Part shown: piece after piece, positions 45,502 through 57,136 of the stretch | How the letters are laid out: every line of letters begins with the position of its first letter | Numbering within the stretch: position 1 is the stretch's first letter | NCBI RefSeq assembly: GCF_002854065.1 | Contig: NZ_CP024147.1 | From: Escherichia coli | GTDB taxonomy: Bacteria; Pseudomonadota; Gammaproteobacteria; Enterobacterales; Enterobacteriaceae | Reading direction: 5' to 3' (one strand) | Length of the DNA stretch: 64,000 nt | Notes under the pieces: model-generated | Database searches by the model: none | What the model was told of the DNA's origin: nothing | What the model saw: the letters and a program-made list of their open reading frames with translations, nothing else | Program-made: the position numbers and the translations under genes

Positions 45502-46698
45502 TCAGGCAATAACGCCCAGTTGTTTACCAATACGCGTGAATGCTTCTACTGCACGCGTAATTTGCTCAGGGGTATGCGCCGCAGACATCTGGGTACGAAT
45601 ACGCGCCTGACCTTTCGGAACGACCGGATAGAAGAAACCGGTGACGTAAATGCCCTCTTTTTGCAGCTCACGGGCAAATTTCTGCGCCACTACCGCATCA
45701 CCAAGCATGACCGGAATAATGGCGTGATCGGCTCCCGCCAGGGTAAAGCCCGCCGCCGACATTTGCTCACGGAACTGACGCGCGTTCGCCCACAGACGGT
45801 CACGCAGCTCGCTACCCGCTTCGACCATCTCCAGTACTTTGATGGATGCGGCAACAATGGCTGGAGCCAGCGAGTTGGAGAACAGATACGGACGAGAACG
45901 CTGGCGCAGCCACTCAACCACTTCTTTGCGCGCCGCGGTATAACCACCAGAAGCCCCGCCCAGCGCTTTACCAAGCGTACCGGTGATAATATCGACCCGG
46001 CCCATCACATCGCAGTATTCATGGGAACCACGACCATTTTCACCGACAAAACCGACCGCGTGGGAGTCGTCTACCATCACCAGGGCATCGTATTTATCTG
46101 CCAGATCGCAAACGCCTTTCAGGTTGGCAATCACGCCGTCCATCGAGAACACACCATCGGTGGCAATCAGCACATGACGCGCACCGGCTTCACGCGCTTC
46201 TTTCAGACGTGCTTCCAGCTCCTGCATATCGTTGTTGGCATAGCGATAGCGTTTAGCTTTACACAGACGCACACCATCAATAATAGACGCGTGGTTCAGT
46301 GCGTCGGAGATAATGGCGTCTTCCGCGCCCAGCAGCGTTTCAAACAGGCCACCGTTAGCATCAAAGCAGGAAGAGTAGAGAATCGCATCTTCCATCCCCA
46401 GGAATGCCGCCAGTTTTTGTTCAAGCTCTTTATGGCTGTCCTGAGTGCCGCAAATAAAACGCACCGAAGCCATGCCGAAACCGTGAGAATCCATTCCCGC
46501 CTTTGCCGCCGCAATCAGATCCGGATGATTCGCCAGCCCGAGATAGTTATTGGCACAAAAGTTAATGACGTGGCTTCCATCAGCCACAGTGATATCTGCT
46601 TGCTGCGCAGACGTAATAATGCGCTCTTCTTTAAACAACCCTTCCGCCCGTGCGGTTTCCAGATCGTTGGTTAACTGCTGATAAAATTCTCCACGCAT
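45502..46698 (-). CDS. kbl: 2-amino-3-ketobutyrate CoA ligase (glycine C-acetyltransferase)
   Basis: 398-aa ORF; PLP aminotransferase class II fold; directly upstream of tdh. Confidence 0.95.
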   Translation of the reverse strand: MRGEFYQQLTNDLETARAEGLFKEERIITSAQQADITVADGSHVINFCANNYLGLANHPDLIAAAKAGMDSHGFGMASVRFICGTQDSHKELEQKLAAFLGMEDAILYSSCFDANGGLFETLLGAEDAIISDALNHASIIDGVRLCKAKRYRYANNDMQELEARLKEAREAGARHVLIATDGVFSMDGVIANLKGVCDLADKYDALVMVDDSHAVGFVGENGRGSHEYCDVMGRVDIITGTLGKALGGASGGYTAARKEVVEWLRQRSRPYLFSNSLAPAIVAASIKVLEMVEAGSELRDRLWANARQFREQMSAAGFTLAGADHAIIPVMLGDAVVAQKFARELQKEGIYVTGFFYPVVPKGQARIRTQMSAAHTPEQITRAVEAFTRIGKQLGVIA

Positions 46699-46972
46699 TG
46701 CGATTCTCCAGACAGGGCAAATTCCAGCACATATTACCCAAACTTATAGGTCGCGACGAGATGACGCGTTAACACTTCTGCAAAATTCAGGATAAATAAC
46801 GTGTATCTTGATGTCTCTCAACACCTACAGATAGTAGAAAAACTGTACAGTTTTGGCTGAGCATAATGATGAGTGATTTTACTGCATTGATATAAAAAGA
46901 AAAAATGATGCCAAAACATCATTTTTCCTATCTCAGTTGGCATCAAAACGCTACCCACTAATGGCGGGAAAC

Positions 46973-47830
46973 CTATTTTCTTGAAAGGAAAATTCTCAGC
47001 GCCTGCATTTTTGCCCCTAAAGTGTTACTCCTGAAGCAGCGAAACAAATCGAACCATTTTCCTCTTCCCAGATAGTTTAGGTTGAAGAGATCGGAACGTT
47101 TGTAATAGCACATGACAAAAATGCCCTGGTCATCGTCCACAATGTTATTGTTTAGTGTTATTTTTTGACTTTCCAGAACTAATTTATAGAATTCTTTCCA
47201 TTTATGCTGTGAACCAACAATTGCGCCCCCAATAATATATACATGATTGCCAATCATGAAATCAAAAGCCTGTTGTTGAGATGTAACAGTAAGCCCTTTT
47301 TTTATAGTGAAAAGATGCATCTTATTTTCATCAAATGGGAAATCCCAAATTTTCAATCCTCGAGTCACATTTGGCTTACGGCAATAGCCAAAATCTATCC
47401 ACGCAACAAGAGGCGTTTTCACTAAGCCCATGTTGATAGCTTTATTTACAAAATAGGCCTTAAGGTTACATACCAAAACATACTCTGGTGACCAGTACTC
47501 TGGGTTTTTTAATTGTCGAGGCTCAAGTCTATTTGTAAACGACTCATCTTTTTGAATTTTTTCGATACGACTTCTGATATATCTAAATTTCTTTTTTATA
47601 TCGATAGCGATAACCGTTGTTGGTTTTCCGTTGCGAATCGCTTCAACCCTTGGTTTCAAATCGGGAGAAGTGAAAATAATCATCTCATTTTCAAGTACGG
47701 CCAGACGCTCAAAGTAACTAAAATAAACATCAACTGAACGAGCTAGTTTTTCACGGAACCCTTTATTAGCAGTCCAATCCCCTCTACCAATGTCAAAATA
47801 TGCAGTGATAATTGTGGTGGATGATTTCAT
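46973..47830 (-). CDS. htrL: HtrL-family protein (LPS-related)
   Basis: AT-rich ORF, about 285 aa from MKSSTTIITAYFDIGRGDWT...; start could instead be 47845. Confidence 0.75.
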   Translation of the reverse strand: MKSSTTIITAYFDIGRGDWTANKGFREKLARSVDVYFSYFERLAVLENEMIIFTSPDLKPRVEAIRNGKPTTVIAIDIKKKFRYIRSRIEKIQKDESFTNRLEPRQLKNPEYWSPEYVLVCNLKAYFVNKAINMGLVKTPLVAWIDFGYCRKPNVTRGLKIWDFPFDENKMHLFTIKKGLTVTSQQQAFDFMIGNHVYIIGGAIVGSQHKWKEFYKLVLESQKITLNNNIVDDDQGIFVMCYYKRSDLFNLNYLGRGKWFDLFRCFRSNTLGAKMQALRIFLSRK

Positions 47831-48133
47831 TACTAATAAGACCATTAATATAAAAAAATAATTATATCATAAATATTAACAGAATGTATACTGTATATTA
47901 TCCATTCAAATGCTTCCGTTATTTACCATACATCGGAATATTGATACTAAAGCACTATTCACGTGCAAAACCAACATCCGCCATGAAGGACTAGCTAAAA
48001 CCCAAACTAGTTTGTTGCAATTAGCATCCTTGCATCTCTATGTAAAGGGCTGAAGGGATTCGGATGTGATGGTATGATTACAGACATTCATGTCTGAGAT
48101 TGTCTCTGACTCCATAATTCGAAGGTTACAGTT

Positions 48134-49066
48134 ATGATCATCGTTACCGGCGGCGCGGGCTTTATCGGCAGCAACATCGTTAAGGCCCTGAATGATAAAG
48201 GCATCACCGATATTCTGGTGGTGGACAACCTGAAAGACGGCACCAAGTTTGTGAACCTGGTGGATCTGGATATCGCGGACTATATGGATAAGGAAGACTT
48301 CCTGATCCAGATTATGGCTGGCGAAGAGTTCGGCGATGTCGAAGCGATTTTCCACGAAGGCGCATGCTCTTCCACCACCGAGTGGGATGGCAAGTATATG
48401 ATGGATAACAACTATCAATACTCCAAAGAGCTGCTGCACTACTGTATGGAGCGCGAAATCCCGTTCCTGTATGCATCTTCCGCGGCCACTTACGGCGGAC
48501 GCACCTCCGACTTTATTGAATCCCGCGAGTACGAAAAACCGTTGAACGTCTACGGTTACTCAAAATTCCTGTTTGATGAATATGTTCGTCAAATCCTGCC
48601 TGAAGCGAACTCGCAGATTGTTGGATTCCGTTATTTCAACGTTTATGGACCGCGTGAAGGCCATAAAGGCAGCATGGCGAGCGTCGCTTTCCATCTCAAC
48701 ACCCAGCTTAACAACGGTGAATCACCGAAGCTGTTTGAAGGTAGCGAGAACTTCAAACGCGACTTCGTCTATGTGGGCGACGTGGCTGATGTGAATCTGT
48801 GGTTCCTGGAAAATGGCGTTTCCGGCATCTTCAATCTCGGTACTGGTCGTGCGGAATCCTTCCAGGCTGTAGCTGATGCTACGCTGGCTTATCACAAGAA
48901 AGGCCAGATCGAATACATTCCGTTCCCGGATAAACTGAAAGGCCGCTATCAGGCGTTCACTCAGGCAGATCTGACGAATCTGCGCGCGGCGGGTTACGAC
49001 AAACCGTTCAAAACCGTTGCTGAAGGTGTAACGGAATACATGGCCTGGCTGAATCGCGACGCATAA
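48134..49066 (+). CDS. hldD: ADP-L-glycero-D-manno-heptose 6-epimerase
   Basis: 310-aa [26 protein letters not shown]... (NAD-binding GxxGxxG). Confidence 0.95.
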   Translation: MIIVTGGAGFIGSNIVKALNDKGITDILVVDNLKDGTKFVNLVDLDIADYMDKEDFLIQIMAGEEFGDVEAIFHEGACSSTTEWDGKYMMDNNYQYSKELLHYCMEREIPFLYASSAATYGGRTSDFIESREYEKPLNVYGYSKFLFDEYVRQILPEANSQIVGFRYFNVYGPREGHKGSMASVAFHLNTQLNNGESPKLFEGSENFKRDFVYVGDVADVNLWFLENGVSGIFNLGTGRAESFQAVADATLAYHKKGQIEYIPFPDKLKGRYQAFTQADLTNLRAAGYDKPFKTVAEGVTEYMAWLNRDA

Positions 49067-49075
49067 GAGCTCTGC

Positions 49076-50122
49076 ATGAAAATACTGGTGATCGGCCCGT
49101 CTTGGGTTGGCGACATGATGATGTCGCAAAGTCTCTATCGCACGCTCCAGGCGCGCTATCCCCAGGCGATAATCGATGTGATGGCACCGGCATGGTGCCG
49201 TCCATTATTATCGCGGATGCCGGAAGTTAACGAAGCTATTCCTATGCCTCTCGGTCACGGAGCGCTGGAAATCGGCGAACGCCGCAAACTGGGTCATAGT
49301 CTGCGTGAAAAGCGCTACGACCGCGCCTACGTCTTACCCAACTCCTTCAAATCTGCATTAGTGCCTTTCTTCGCGGGTATTCCTCATCGCACCGGCTGGC
49401 GCGGCGAGATGCGCTACGGTTTACTCAACGATGTACGCGTGCTCGATAAAGAAGCCTGGCCGCTAATGGTGGAACGCTATATAGCGCTGGCCTATGACAA
49501 AGGCATTATGCGCACAGCACAAGATCTGCCGCAGCCATTGTTATGGCCGCAGTTGCAGGTGAGCGAAGGTGAAAAATCATATACCTGTAATCAATTTTCG
49601 CTTTCATCAGAACGTCCGATGATTGGTTTTTGCCCGGGTGCGGAGTTTGGTCCGGCAAAACGCTGGCCACACTACCACTATGCGGAGCTGGCAAAGCAGC
49701 TGATTGATGAAGGTTATCAGGTGGTTCTGTTTGGCTCGGCGAAAGATCATGAAGCGGGCAATGAGATTCTTGCCGCTTTGAATACCGAGCAGCAGGCATG
49801 GTGTCGGAACCTGGCGGGGGAAACACAGCTTGATCAAGCGGTTATCCTGATTGCAGCCTGTAAAGCCATTGTCACTAACGATTCTGGCCTGATGCATGTT
49901 GCGGCGGCGCTCAATCGTCCGCTGGTTGCCCTGTATGGTCCGAGTAGCCCGGACTTCACACCGCCGCTATCCCATAAAGCGCGCGTGATCCGTTTGATTA
50001 CCGGCTATCACAAAGTGCGTAAAGGTGACGCTGCGGAGGGTTATCACCAGAGCTTAATCGACATTACTCCCCAGCGCGTACTGGAAGAACTCAACGCGCT
50101 ATTGTTACAAGAGGAAGCCTGA
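49076..50122 (+). CDS. waaF: LPS heptosyltransferase II
   Basis: 348-aa ORF, GT9 family. Confidence 0.95.
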   Translation: MKILVIGPSWVGDMMMSQSLYRTLQARYPQAIIDVMAPAWCRPLLSRMPEVNEAIPMPLGHGALEIGERRKLGHSLREKRYDRAYVLPNSFKSALVPFFAGIPHRTGWRGEMRYGLLNDVRVLDKEAWPLMVERYIALAYDKGIMRTAQDLPQPLLWPQLQVSEGEKSYTCNQFSLSSERPMIGFCPGAEFGPAKRWPHYHYAELAKQLIDEGYQVVLFGSAKDHEAGNEILAALNTEQQAWCRNLAGETQLDQAVILIAACKAIVTNDSGLMHVAAALNRPLVALYGPSSPDFTPPLSHKARVIRLITGYHKVRKGDAAEGYHQSLIDITPQRVLEELNALLLQEEA

Positions 50123-50125
50123 CGG

Positions 50126-51100
50126 ATGCGGGTTTTGATCGTTAAAACATCGTCGATGGGCGATGTTCTCCATACGTTGCCCGCACTCACTGATGCCCAG
50201 CAGGCAATCCCAGGGATTAAATTTGACTGGGTGGTGGAAGAAGGGTTCGCACAGATTCCTTCCTGGCACGCTGCCGTTGAGCGAGTTATTCCTGTGGCAA
50301 TACGTCGCTGGCGTAAAGCCTGGTTCTCGGCCCCCATAAAAGCGGAACGCAAAGCGTTTCGTGAAGCGCTACAAGCAGAGAACTATGACGCAGTTATCGA
50401 CGCTCAGGGGCTGGTAAAAAGCGCGGCGCTGGTGACGCGTCTGGCGCATGGCGTAAAGCATGGCATGGACTGGCAAACCGCTCGCGAACCTTTAGCCAGC
50501 CTGTTTTACAATCGTAAGCATCATATTGCAAAACAGCAGCACGCCGTAGAACGCACCCGCGAACTGTTTGCCAAAAGTTTGGGCTATAGCAAACCGCAAA
50601 CCCAGGGCGATTATGCTATCGCACAGCATTTTCTGACGAACCTGCCTACAGATGCTGGCGAATATGCCGTATTTCTTCATGCGACGACCCGTGATGATAA
50701 ACACTGGCCGGAAGAACACTGGCGAGAATTGATTGGTTTACTGGCTGATTCAGGAATACGGATTAAACTTCCGTGGGGCGCGCCGCATGAGGAAGAACGG
50801 GCGAAACAACTGGCGGAAGGATTTGCTTATGTTGAAGTATTGCCGAAGATGAGTCTGGAAGGCGTTGCCCGCGTGCTGGCCGGGGCTAAATTTGTAGTGT
50901 CGGTGGATACGGGATTAAGCCATTTAACGGCGGCACTGGATAGACCCAATATCACGGTTTATGGACCAACCGATCCGGGATTAATTGGTGGGTATGGGAA
51001 GAATCAAGTAGAGTGTCGTTCTACAAGTATGTCTCTTGCAGATTTGCCAGCTCAAACCGTTTTTCAAAATTTAAATCTTGAAATAATAATCAATAAGTGA
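50126..51100 (+). CDS. waaC: LPS heptosyltransferase I
   Basis: 324-aa ORF, GT9 family; last ~30 residues differ from the K-12 C-terminus as I recall it. Confidence 0.9.
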   Translation: MRVLIVKTSSMGDVLHTLPALTDAQQAIPGIKFDWVVEEGFAQIPSWHAAVERVIPVAIRRWRKAWFSAPIKAERKAFREALQAENYDAVIDAQGLVKSAALVTRLAHGVKHGMDWQTAREPLASLFYNRKHHIAKQQHAVERTRELFAKSLGYSKPQTQGDYAIAQHFLTNLPTDAGEYAVFLHATTRDDKHWPEEHWRELIGLLADSGIRIKLPWGAPHEEERAKQLAEGFAYVEVLPKMSLEGVARVLAGAKFVVSVDTGLSHLTAALDRPNITVYGPTDPGLIGGYGKNQVECRSTSMSLADLPAQTVFQNLNLEIIINK

Positions 51101-51113
51101 CATCGGAGATAAG

Positions 51114-52322
51114 ATGACCTCAACATTATTTTTCTCTCTCGAGAAAAAAAACTGGATAGCGTACTGGAACAGAGCTCTCGTATTCTTATTCATTACCACC
51201 TATTTTTTGGGTGAGATTACAAGGTATAAACATCTTATTGTTATTCTTATGACAATAACGACAATCGTCTATCTCTGCAAACGGCCAAAACACTATCTCT
51301 CACTATTTAAAACATTTCTTTTTGGTAGTGTTGCCATATTAACTATTGCTGCATTGCTGTCACTTCTTCAATCCCCTGATGCAGGTGCTAGCATGAAGGA
51401 AATTTTCAAAGCTATTATTGAGAATACTTTACTATGCACAATAGCAATACCGGTCATATTGAGAGACGAGAAAAGAGAAGATGTCGAAAAAATCGTTTTC
51501 TTCTCATTTATTAGTGCGTTGGGCTTACGCTGTTTTTCTGAATTGATTACCTATTATAAGGACTATCAACAAGGGATAATGCCATTCGCAGATTATAGAC
51601 ACCGTAGCATTTCTGACTCGATGGTCTTTTTATTCCCTGCATTGTTAAATCTCTGGCTTATCAAATCAGCAAAATACCGCATTTCTTTTGTGGTTCTAAG
51701 CTTTATTTTTATTTTTCTGATATTAGGAACTTTATCCAGAGGGGCCTGGCTTTCCGTGTTAGTCATTGGATTAATATGGATTCTGATGTTTAAACAATGG
51801 AAGTTACTATTAGTAGGAGTAATGGTTTCCATCATTGCATTGTCGGTTATTTTCACACATAAGGAGATGACCGCAAAGCTAACGTATAAACTTCAACAAA
51901 CTAATAGTTCTTATCGCTATGCAAATGGTACTCAAGGCAGCGCACTCGATCTAATATTAGAAAATCCTGTTATTGGTTATGGTTACGGTAACGTTGCATA
52001 TAAAGATGTCTATAATAAACGTGTCGTTGATTATCCAGAATGGACCTTTAGACAATCAATAGGGCCACATAATTTTGCGCTATTCATCTGGTTTGGCACT
52101 GGTTTATTAGGACTGGTAAGTCTTATGATGCTATACTGTGCAATATTGAAAGAGTGTATAAAAAATGGCGTCCAGAATAAATACCGCTCACCATATAATG
52201 CATATTATATAATCTTACTATCTTTTATAGGTTATTTTGTTATCCGTGGAAACGTAGAACAAATTGAACCAAATTTATTAGGCGTTTACGCCGGCTTATT
52301 ATTAGCGATGAAAAACAAGTAA
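51114..52322 (+). CDS. waaL: O-antigen ligase
   Basis: 402-aa AT-rich polytopic membrane ORF at the waaL position after waaC. Confidence 0.85.
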   Translation: MTSTLFFSLEKKNWIAYWNRALVFLFITTYFLGEITRYKHLIVILMTITTIVYLCKRPKHYLSLFKTFLFGSVAILTIAALLSLLQSPDAGASMKEIFKAIIENTLLCTIAIPVILRDEKREDVEKIVFFSFISALGLRCFSELITYYKDYQQGIMPFADYRHRSISDSMVFLFPALLNLWLIKSAKYRISFVVLSFIFIFLILGTLSRGAWLSVLVIGLIWILMFKQWKLLLVGVMVSIIALSVIFTHKEMTAKLTYKLQQTNSSYRYANGTQGSALDLILENPVIGYGYGNVAYKDVYNKRVVDYPEWTFRQSIGPHNFALFIWFGTGLLGLVSLMMLYCAILKECIKNGVQNKYRSPYNAYYIILLSFIGYFVIRGNVEQIEPNLLGVYAGLLLAMKNK

Positions 52323-52323
52323 A

Positions 52324-52356
52324 AAATAAAAAAGGCTGCATAATGCGGCCTTTTTA
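52324..52356. terminator. bidirectional rho-independent terminator between convergent waaL and outer-core genes
   Basis: aaaaaaggctgcat-aatgcggcctttttatttatt: GC stem flanked by A- and T-tracts. Confidence 0.6.
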
Positions 52357-52357
52357 T

Positions 52358-53500
52358 TTATTCAAACCAATTATGAATAACCTCTTCGAATCTTTGAGTT
52401 ACGCCATCCCAACTGTAGTGATCAAACACAAAATCCTGACCTTGCTTTGCAACTGCTGTTAATTCAGGATTCGCTAACGTTTTTAAAATATCGCTGCTTA
52501 TGGAGTCTGCAGTCATAGGTTCTTTTAAATGGAATCCCGTAGTATTTTCTTTGACAAATTCCGTCATCCCCCCACGCGTACTCACTAAAACAGGCTTACC
52601 AGCACCCATAGCTTCAATTGCCACCATGCAAAATGGTTCCTGGAACTGGGAAGGAATGACGACTAAATCTGCCAGTGGGTAATAACAATGCATCTTTTCA
52701 GGCGGTATGCTTCCTAACATAATGCAACGATCCTTCAAACGTTTTGCAATTTCCCTGACATTGCGTTGATATGCACCTTTGTCACTTTTACTCATTTCTG
52801 TATAATCACCAATCACAACTAATTTTAAATTTTTGTGAGCAGCGGCCAATTTTTCGAATGATTGCATCAACAGCAATATGCCTTTGTCAGGGACGATACG
52901 CCCAGCATAAAAAATAATTTTCTCTTCAGGGGAGATATTAAGTTCGCTTCTAGTGATCGGCTGAAAAGTAGATTGATAGGTTTCTAAATCAATTCCATTT
53001 GGTACAATCTCAATATCTGCATTTGCTAAATAAGATTGGTAATACTTTTTCAAGTATAAACTAGGCACTATCATTTTAACATTTTGCTCAAGCAATTTTG
53101 GTTCAAATGCATTATGCATATGTATAACCACTCTTGCCTGAGGAGCTCGCTTACGAATTTGAGTGTATAGCTTCATACTATTATGTACTACAATAACACT
53201 TTCTTTCGTTATAGGAAAATCATGTGCAATATTCAATATTCTCTGTGAATATGGAAGAGGATCAAGTCTTGTCCATTTTTGAAATAACCGCTTATATATG
53301 CGACTGAATCCAACCCTATGAATACTACAATTATCATTAACAAAGGTGTAATTTGAGTATCCTGGATTCTTGATACAAACAATACGATTTGGGAAATTGG
53401 TACGCTGAGCAACCTGATACATCCACGTTTCAACAGCGGCCGCTCCGCGAGGAGGAATTGAAAAAATAGGAGTAACTGTAAATATTATTTTATCAACCAT
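52358..53500 (-). CDS. waaD: family 1 glycosyltransferase of the LPS outer core (R3-type WaaD-like)
   Basis: 380-aa ORF with GT1 (GT-B) C-terminal motifs; last gene of the waaQ operon. The symbol is from the R3 gene order as I recall it. Confidence 0.6.
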   Translation of the reverse strand: MVDKIIFTVTPIFSIPPRGAAAVETWMYQVAQRTNFPNRIVCIKNPGYSNYTFVNDNCSIHRVGFSRIYKRLFQKWTRLDPLPYSQRILNIAHDFPITKESVIVVHNSMKLYTQIRKRAPQARVVIHMHNAFEPKLLEQNVKMIVPSLYLKKYYQSYLANADIEIVPNGIDLETYQSTFQPITRSELNISPEEKIIFYAGRIVPDKGILLLMQSFEKLAAAHKNLKLVVIGDYTEMSKSDKGAYQRNVREIAKRLKDRCIMLGSIPPEKMHCYYPLADLVVIPSQFQEPFCMVAIEAMGAGKPVLVSTRGGMTEFVKENTTGFHLKEPMTADSISSDILKTLANPELTAVAKQGQDFVFDHYSWDGVTQRFEEVIHNWFE

Positions 53501-53508
53501 CTCGAATG

Positions 53509-54522
53509 TTAACCTTTCATAAAATTATATTTAATTGCTGTAAAAAAACCATCGAGAAATTTTTTCTGGTAAAGCAAGTGTTTATATTCTTCTTTGTACT
53601 CATGTTTTTTAACAGCTTTTTTATAAGGTATATTTCTCCATGGTGATATATTATAAATATTACGAAAATAATCTGCAGATGCGTAGTTCGCCCAATCATG
53701 CCATGGCTTTGTTACACCAGTATAATGTATGAAGACAGTTTCATCATTAATAAACCGGGTGTAATATTCACTATTTTTTTCTTCAAATTCTGACTTTATA
53801 GTATAAATACAGTTATATTTTCTCGGTAATATTTTAGCATGATGTAGAAACATTAAGTTTAAAATATCTTGATCCGGATATTTTAATTTTTTGATAATTG
53901 ACTCATCTGATAATAGTTCAAAGAATTTCTCCGTTAGTCTTTGTTTTAACCATTCCCGTAAATTAATATACATTACACCAGAGTTAAAATAGCTACCGTT
54001 AAAATCCTCATTACCTAAACGCTCAGCGCTTTTACTTTGCATAGCATCTACATCAATTACCACAGCCCCATATTCATCTTTAAACTCTAATGCTATTAAC
54101 TCGTTCAATGAACCCTTACAGACGATATCAGCATCAAGATATAATAATGAATCCAATCGCGCAGAAAAATAGTCAAATGAAAGCAAACGATAATAAATAG
54201 ATACTGGCCAGATATTTGATTGAGGTAGCGTCTTCAATGGCTCAGAATCAATATGATATAATTTAATTACTGTTTGATACTTCGTTGCTAATTGTGATAA
54301 TAATTCAATATAATCTTTGTCTAAGTAATCAGCGATTATGTGAAAGGTAAATTTGTTTTGTTTATTATTTTCAAGAATTGAAGCAATTGAAATCGCAGCC
54401 CCAACCTGGTAGTTCTCATCAATACCCCATGAGACATTAAACGTTTCCCGTTCATCAAGTTTAACGGGGCGCTTGTCCAGTTCAATTATATCTTTAAATT
54501 GAGTAAGATGTTTAAAATCCAA
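53509..54522 (-). CDS. waaJ: family 8 glycosyltransferase of the LPS outer core (R3-type WaaJ-like)
   Basis: 337-aa AT-rich ORF; GT8 motifs (DxD region …YLDADIVC…). Confidence 0.6.
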   Translation of the reverse strand: MDFKHLTQFKDIIELDKRPVKLDERETFNVSWGIDENYQVGAAISIASILENNKQNKFTFHIIADYLDKDYIELLSQLATKYQTVIKLYHIDSEPLKTLPQSNIWPVSIYYRLLSFDYFSARLDSLLYLDADIVCKGSLNELIALEFKDEYGAVVIDVDAMQSKSAERLGNEDFNGSYFNSGVMYINLREWLKQRLTEKFFELLSDESIIKKLKYPDQDILNLMFLHHAKILPRKYNCIYTIKSEFEEKNSEYYTRFINDETVFIHYTGVTKPWHDWANYASADYFRNIYNISPWRNIPYKKAVKKHEYKEEYKHLLYQKKFLDGFFTAIKYNFMKG

Positions 54523-54546
54523 TTTAATTACCCTTCATCATAATCA

Positions 54547-55254
54547 TTATTTGCTCTTCAAACCTAGTTTGACTTTTACATCCCTGATTGCTTTTTTAAT
54601 TTTCTTTTTGAATATAAGATATGTATAGCCAAAGTCTTTCAATTCATTTTTTATATTATAGTGCCGTTCAAGATCAATGCGATCTTTTGCTTTTAAAACT
54701 GCGGTTGTTTTTTTACCTGAAAGGTCAATTAGTCTTAAACCTTTTTCGGATACTATAAAATTTCCTTTATGAGGATCGCCAGACACCATTCCATGCTGAT
54801 GCAACTCTTTTATCGATTCTGATAATTGATCCTTCAGTTCTTCAGAAATTTCCAAATACTCATTTAACCCGATACCTTCAATATACTCAATGAGCATAAT
54901 ATAATAATGCGCGAAATTTAATGTTTTACGTTCAGCAAGCAAAAAATAGTCATTAATTGATTGAATGCCTTCACCACGTACCCGATCGGTTTGATAAATT
55001 AAATTTTCATAATAATCTTTTTTTATGCAAGATTTTAAGAAACGTTCGATCATTTTATGCTTTGGCGCATAAACTTTAAGTACAAGAGGTCCACGAGCAG
55101 TGTCAATAAGAATAACTTTAGTATCATCAATAGAACGAAAAACTTTTAATGTTTTAACCCTGCAAGTTAAAAAATCATTCAGAACTTGCTCATAAAAGGG
55201 ATCATTATCTTTTATGAAAACTTTCAACCCATTTATCGTTTTATTATATATCAT
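54547..55254 (-). CDS. waaY: LPS core heptose II kinase
   Basis: 235-aa ORF; kinase-like motifs (…HQHGMVSGDPHKGNFIV…). Confidence 0.8.
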   Translation of the reverse strand: MIYNKTINGLKVFIKDNDPFYEQVLNDFLTCRVKTLKVFRSIDDTKVILIDTARGPLVLKVYAPKHKMIERFLKSCIKKDYYENLIYQTDRVRGEGIQSINDYFLLAERKTLNFAHYYIMLIEYIEGIGLNEYLEISEELKDQLSESIKELHQHGMVSGDPHKGNFIVSEKGLRLIDLSGKKTTAVLKAKDRIDLERHYNIKNELKDFGYTYLIFKKKIKKAIRDVKVKLGLKSK

Positions 55255-55279
55255 ATTGAATTATTTTAACCTTAAATCT

Positions 55280-56287
55280 TTAAAAGCATTTTTCTTTATA
55301 ATACTTTAAATAATTAAAAATGCCCGCCATATAATGCTTTTGTTTAAATTTATGTTTTGCACAATACCGATACTGATTGCTATTTACAGGTTTAAGTAAA
55401 TCTTCTTTACACCACGGAGAAGATGCTTTGGCGATCAAAAAACTACGTGACACCGGATAGTCAGCCCATTCATGCCAGGGTTTTGTAGGTCCCACATAGT
55501 GTATAAACACAGTGTCATCATTGACTGGATTATCAACTTTGTCTTTTAATTCATAGTTAATACTATATCGGGTATTATATTTCCCAGAAATAAACTTCAC
55601 TTTACCATTCAATAATACATTCAGTACATCTTGATCAAGGTGGGTGATTTTACTTACCCAATCTGGATCACGCAACATTTCAATAGCTTTTGACGAAATG
55701 TTATTAAGATTCCACTCATCAATATTTATCAGTAAAAAACCAGCATTGAAATATCCAGAAGCTAATTGTGGTGTAGTTAATACCGAGGCTCGATTCTGCC
55801 ACCATTCAACATCTCTTTCAGCTACAACTGCGGCAATTTCATTAGTAGAGAATTGATAATCTAAGAGTTCTTTAATACTACCCTTGCAAGCAATATCTGC
55901 ATCAAGATATAGTATTTTTTCATGTTTATTATAGAAATAGTCTGCAATTATAAATCGAAAATATGTAGCGTAAGTCCAGTTTTTCGTGCTTGGTAATGAC
56001 TTCAGCTTATCACAATTGATAACATAAATATTAATTCTTGAATTATATTGTTTTGCTAAATCGGAAAAATATAACTTGTCTTTATCACTGATATAATCTG
56101 TGAAAACATGAAATTCACAAGAGATTTCTCTATTGTTTAATAGAATAGATGCGATGGCTACACCACATCCAAAAAGAAAATTTCTGTCAATACCAAATGC
56201 TATATCAAGAGTATTTTTAGATCTTATATTTTGATAATGAAAATTATACTCAAAAAGGATGATGTCACTATCATTGAGTTGAGACAT
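55280..56287 (-). CDS. waaI: family 8 glycosyltransferase of the LPS outer core (R3-type WaaI-like)
   Basis: 335-aa AT-rich ORF paralogous to the ORF at 53509-54522 (…YLDADIACKG…). Confidence 0.6.
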   Translation of the reverse strand: MSQLNDSDIILFEYNFHYQNIRSKNTLDIAFGIDRNFLFGCGVAIASILLNNREISCEFHVFTDYISDKDKLYFSDLAKQYNSRINIYVINCDKLKSLPSTKNWTYATYFRFIIADYFYNKHEKILYLDADIACKGSIKELLDYQFSTNEIAAVVAERDVEWWQNRASVLTTPQLASGYFNAGFLLINIDEWNLNNISSKAIEMLRDPDWVSKITHLDQDVLNVLLNGKVKFISGKYNTRYSINYELKDKVDNPVNDDTVFIHYVGPTKPWHEWADYPVSRSFLIAKASSPWCKEDLLKPVNSNQYRYCAKHKFKQKHYMAGIFNYLKYYKEKCF

Positions 56288-56329
56288 ATTTATTCTGTAT
56301 CCAAAATTTTGGCAAAAATAAGTTACGGG

Positions 56330-57136
56330 TTACAACGATTTTCGAATCGTTCTTTCCCTGATTTTTGTGGCTTTTGCTTCTGCTTGCGACAGCAGTCCTT
56401 GTTCCTGCTTGAGAATGTCTTTAAGCGGGGCGGCAAAATACACTTTCATAAACCGCCAGATATCCCGCTGAGTCAGGCCGATATTCATCGAAGAAAAATA
56501 AAGCCCTATAAGATCTTTATCGCGCCAACGACGTGGAACGCGCGTGCGAAGCTGCGCCCGGTGCAGGTCAATTACCGAAATTTTTAACTCCTCTTCCTTA
56601 CCGGAAAAAGGCAAGTGCAACAGGAAATGACAGATATAACAGTCACGGTGGTTAATGCCCGCAGCATGCATATCGCGCACCATCGTCGCGACACGCTTAA
56701 TAAGCATACGCTTTACGCGAACATCTGGAGGGTTAGTCGCCCAGTCAGCACAGTAATCTTCCAGACTTATGGTTGGTGTCAGATCTTCGGTAATAATAAA
56801 TGAAGTTCTGGTCAGCGGATTCATGCCTTTTTCGCCAAATGCCACCCCATACATAGTATCAACGCCGACATCCCGCAGTCGATGAATCGCATTCCATTCG
56901 CGGTCTGCGCCTAATACTGGCATCCGCAATGAGAGTAAATTTTTGATTATCTCTTTCAGGGTCGTGCCGCGATGCCATTTGAGAAAATAGCTTTTGCCCG
57001 CCATTTCAAAGCGCAGAGTACGGCGAGTTTCCAGTTCACGAAATACCTCACCCTGCAAGGTTTTAACTTCCTCAAAAGGATCTTTACCGCGCCATAACGT
57101 GGCAAACGGCTCTTTAAGTTCAACCATCCAGACCAC
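56330..57136 (-). CDS. waaP: LPS core heptose I kinase
   Basis: 268-aa ORF; kinase-fold motifs (…[13 protein letters not shown]…). Confidence 0.9.
   Translation of the reverse strand: MVWMVELKEPFATLWRGKDPFEEVKTLQGEVFRELETRRTLRFEMAGKSYFLKWHRGTTLKEIIKNLLSLRMPVLGADREWNAIHRLRDVGVDTMYGVAFGEKGMNPLTRTSFIITEDLTPTISLEDYCADWATNPPDVRVKRMLIKRVATMVRDMHAAGINHRDCYICHFLLHLPFSGKEEELKISVIDLHRAQLRTRVPRRWRDKDLIGLYFSSMNIGLTQRDIWRFMKVYFAAPLKDILKQEQGLLSQAEAKATKIRERTIRKSL

Noticed and set aside
45520-46674. 384-aa plus-strand ORF antisense to kbl
   Set aside because: Completely overlaps kbl on the opposite strand; no recognisable motifs; antisense artefact.
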